64,000 nt of DNA from Azolla caroliniana (Eukaryota > Plantae > Polypodiophyta). Numbering within the stretch: the first letter of the stretch is position 1; every line of letters starts with the position of its first letter. The DNA lies in the NCBI GenBank assembly GCA_043228905.1, contig JBHGNT010000015.1, positions 4,402,001 through 4,466,000 on the forward strand, read 5' to 3'. Below the pieces are notes generated by a model, which did no database searches, was not told where the DNA came from, and saw nothing but the letters and a program-made list of their open reading frames with translations. Both the position numbers and the translations under genes were made by a program. Positions 60,980 through 64,000 of the stretch are shown here, one piece after another.

Positions 60980-63900
60980 TGTTGAGAAGCAAGCTCAACA
61001 TGGTATGTGATGCTTATGAGAAATAAGCTATAGTAGCTATTTAGCTACTAGTGAACAAAAAGGTAAAACAGCTATTTAGCTAGTGACAGCTAATTAGCTA
61101 GTGAACAGCTATTTAGCGACTGACAGCTAATTAGCTACTGGCAGCTAATTAGCTGCATGTGTAATAACTTATGACTTAGGTAAAAGTAAGTGAGAGTGAA
61201 TAGGAAGTAGTAGCAGTAAGGAAAAAACAGAGAATAGTGAGTAGAGAACTCTGAGAGAGAGTGAGAGACCAGAAGACTGACAAGAGCAAGTTGAGCTCTA
61301 CATGTAATAGAAGAAAACCATTTTGCTACTACAGAGGTAAGTCCCCTTTCCTTTCTCTGTCTGTTTAGAGCACGCTAACGATCCAGCACACTACGATCCG
61401 CCGCGCACATAAGAAGAGCTCGAGTGCCTTCTTCACGTTTTCTTAACATGGTATCAGAGCAGAGTAGCTCGTAAGGAAGAGTATAGCAGTGCCTTAATCT
61501 GAGAAAGTTATTTCTCTGGTTGCTGATCAGAAATCAGAAAGTTACTTGTTGAAGTAACTAAAGCAAAACCCTGGTTTTTTGGAAGAAAAAAAATGGCTGC
61601 AGAGAATGTAGGCCAAATGGTCACAGAGAAATTAGATAAAAACAATTTCCCGGCGTGGAAATTCAGAATGACAAACTTTCTGATGGGGAAAGGATACTGG
61701 GATTACATTGAAGGAGACCTAGAAGAGGCTCCAGAGATCCCAGAAGAGAATGCAACAGCTGCACATATTAAGGCATTTAAAGATTGGAATCAAGGGGCAA
61801 GGAAAGTAATGCATTGGCTATCACTCAGCATCTCAGATTCAATGCTTGGGCATATACAAGATGCTATGCTCCCAAAAGAAGCTTGGGACAACTTGGTAAA
61901 ACTGTTTGCTGTGAACACAAAGGCTAGAAAGCTCCAGTTAAAGACTGAGCTAAATACCTTGGAGAAAGGTAAGATGTCAATAAATGAATATGCCCTAAAA
62001 ATCAAGAGTATATGTGAATCACTTGCTTCTATCAATGTGAAGATAGAAGATGATGACAAAGTGGAAATATGCTTAAGAGGCTTAGGACCTCAATACAAGA
62101 GTTTTAAAACTTCTATGCTCACAAGGGATAGTATCCCAAGTTTTTCAGATCTGGTCTCAATGCTTGTGGTAGAGGAAAGGAATCAGATGGATGATGCAAA
62201 TAAAGGAAACTCAGAGAACGAGGGGCAAGCCCTCTATAATAATGCCGGAAGAGGCCGAGGAAGAGGCCATGGAAGATTTGGCTCAGGAAGAACCAATAAT
62301 AATGGCTTTCAAGGAAGAGGACAACAAGCTCATAGAGGAGGAAACAACAACAGAGGCAGGGGGAGCAACCGAGGTAGAGGTAAGCAAACTTATGTAAATG
62401 ATGATGGCTGCTGGTATTGTGGTAAACCAGGCCATACACAGGCTGAATGTTACAAGAAACAAAATGATGAGAAAAGAGGAAAAGGACAACAGAGTAACTA
62501 TGCCTCTACTAGTGAAGATTGTGAAAAGGAAGGTGTTTTTGTAGTGCAACATGAGATAGCAGCAGTGGCTGAAAGCTCACAGAAATGTAATGAAGAGTTT
62601 ACGTGGTATGTAGACTCGGGGGCATCTAACCATATGACTGGACATGCAAATTGGTTTGAGAGTTTAAGAGAACCAGAGGTTCCTGGTTATGTACAAACAG
62701 GTGATGACACAACTCACCAAATAAAACATGTTGGAGATATCCCATTGTGGGAAGAAAGAGGAAAAACCAAGTATATGTTGAATGTGATGCATGTTCCAAA
62801 CCTTGCTAAGAATCTGATTTCTGTTGGACAGATTGTAGAGCAAGGTATGCAAGTGAAGTTTAAGCAAAGTGGATGCTATATAGAAAAGAATGGGAAGCTC
62901 ATTGCAAAAGGGAAGAGACAAGGAAGAATGTTTATCTTGGATGTAGAAATGCCCAAACAGATTTCAGCCATGTTTGCAAATGGAACGAGTGTAATCTCAG
63001 ATGTGGAAATGTGGCATAAAAGGATTGGCCATATAAGTATGCAAACATTAAAGAATATGTTGAGAAAAGATGCAGTGGCTGGACTGCCAAACTTGAAAAA
63101 GTGTGAAATGGGAAAAGTATGTGAAGCATGTCAATATGGTAAGCAAAACAGGTTGCCATTCCCTCATGAAAGACATGTAAGTAAAAATTTGTTGGATTTG
63201 GTACATACAGATGTATGGGGACCAACAAAGAATGCATCTATTGGTGGATGCAGATTTTATGTTACATTTATTGATGATTGTTCACGGAAGACATGGGTGT
63301 ACTTCATGAAGGAGAAAAGTGAAGTATTTGACCGTTTTCGTAAGTTTAAATGCATGGTAGAAAAGCAGGCTGGTACAAGGATAAAATGTTTGAGATCTGA
63401 TGGAGGAGGAGAGTATTTCTCCAATGAATTTTCTGATTTTTTGTGTAATCAAGGAATAAGAAGACAGTTCACATGCCGATATACTCCACAGCAAAATGGA
63501 GTTGCTGAGAGGAAAAACAGAACTTTGGTGAACATAGCAAGGGCAATGATGACTGAGAAGAACATGCCATTATACTATTGGGCAGAAGCTGTAAATACAG
63601 CAAATTACATTTTAAATAGATGTATTACATCAGGAGTACATGAGGCAACTCCTGAAGAGTGTTTTTATGGCAGGAAGCCTAGCTTACAACACTTGAAAGT
63701 GTTTGGATGCCTTGCATATGTACATGTGCCTGCAGAAGTAAGAAGTAAGTTGGATCCAAAAGCAGAAAAATGTATCTTTGTTGGATATTCAGAAGAACAA
63801 AAAGGGTACAGATGTTATAACCCTGTGACTAAAAAGATTGTGACAAGTCGAGATGTGATATTTGATGAGTTGGCTAGTTGGTACAGCCCAAAACAGAATC

Positions 63901-64000
63901 TAGAGACTGATGAAGACTGTCAAAATGAAGACAAAGACAGATCAGAAAATGTAGAAGACTATCACAGAGATGGAGACAAGGTTGGACAGCAAAGTCCAAC
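60980..64000 (+). mobile_element. AT-rich Ty1/copia element (family E), runs off the window
   Basis: 5' LTR 60980-61448 with ~18-bp AGCTAATTAGCT repeats. PBS-iMet 61449-61460. Confidence 0.92.
61593..64000 (+). CDS. copia Gag-Pol (gag, protease, integrase), 3'-partial, apparently open
   Basis: MAAENVGQMVTEKLDKNNF..., CWYCGKPGHTQAEC, WYVDSGASNHM. YTPQQNGVAERKN is in the same frame as the start. Not every codon was checked. Confidence 0.85.
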   Translation, partial: MAAENVGQMVTEKLDKNNFPAWKFRMTNFLMGKGYWDYIEGDLEEAPEIPEENATAAHIKAFKDWNQGARKVMHWLSLSISDSMLGHIQDAMLPKEAWDNLVKLFAVNTKARKLQLKTELNTLEKGKMSINEYALKIKSICESLASINVKIEDDDKVEICLRGLGPQYKSFKTSMLTRDSIPSFSDLVSMLVVEERNQMDDANKGNSENEGQALYNNAGRGRGRGHGRFGSGRTNNNGFQGRGQQAHRGGNNNRGRGSNRGRGKQTYVNDDGCWYCGKPGHTQAECYKKQNDEKRGKGQQSNYASTSEDCEKEGVFVVQHEIAAVAESSQKCNEEFTWYVDSGASNHMTGHANWFESLREPEVPGYVQTGDDTTHQIKHVGDIPLWEERGKTKYMLNVMHVPNLAKNLISVGQIVEQGMQVKFKQSGCYIEKNGKLIAKGKRQGRMFILDVEMPKQISAMFANGTSVISDVEMWHKRIGHISMQTLKNMLRKDAVAGLPNLKKCEMGKVCEACQYGKQNRLPFPHERHVSKNLLDLVHTDVWGPTKNASIGGCRFYVTFIDDCSRKTWVYFMKEKSEVFDRFRKFKCMVEKQAGTRIKCLRSDGGGEYFSNEFSDFLCNQGIRRQFTCRYTPQQNGVAERKNRTLVNIARAMMTEKNMPLYYWAEAVNTANYILNRCITSGVHEATPEECFYGRKPSLQHLKVFGCLAYVHVPAEVRSKLDPKAEKCIFVGYSEEQKGYRCYNPVTKKIVTSRDVIFDELASWYSPKQNLETDEDCQNEDKDRSENVEDYHRDGDKVGQQSP

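Noticed and set aside
61001-61006. TGGTAT after the 21-bp TG...CA palindrome as the PBS of a mini-LTR
   Set aside because: Only 6 nt match, and it is not present after the same motif in the other LTRs.

Overview
This is eukaryotic plant DNA, probably from a seed-free plant such as a fern (inferred from the element types, not proven). Most of the window is nested LTR retrotransposons. It holds several Ty1/copia families (my labels A-E), a chromodomain Ty3/gypsy element, a Ty3/gypsy family primed by tRNA-Trp, solo LTRs, two LINE 3' relics and microsatellites. One nest is four levels deep (10974-33828). One Tnt1/Tork-like copia (48593-54012) is intact, with apparently identical LTRs. The only host gene I can support is an intronless, His-rich B3-domain gene (37351-38265) with two ABRE/G-boxes upstream. 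The most unusual signals are: (i) CCGG arrays in LTRs of unrelated families and in copia coding sequence; (ii) a conserved hairpin pair around the PPT and LTR start in copia families C/D/E, with a duplicated PPT and an in-frame extension after RNase H; (iii) a Trp-primed gypsy element with no recognisable integrase, mismatched LTRs and short TSDs in its family; (iv) tRNA-like A/B-box modules inside three LTRs of that family. All boundaries were read by eye, with no alignments or database searches.
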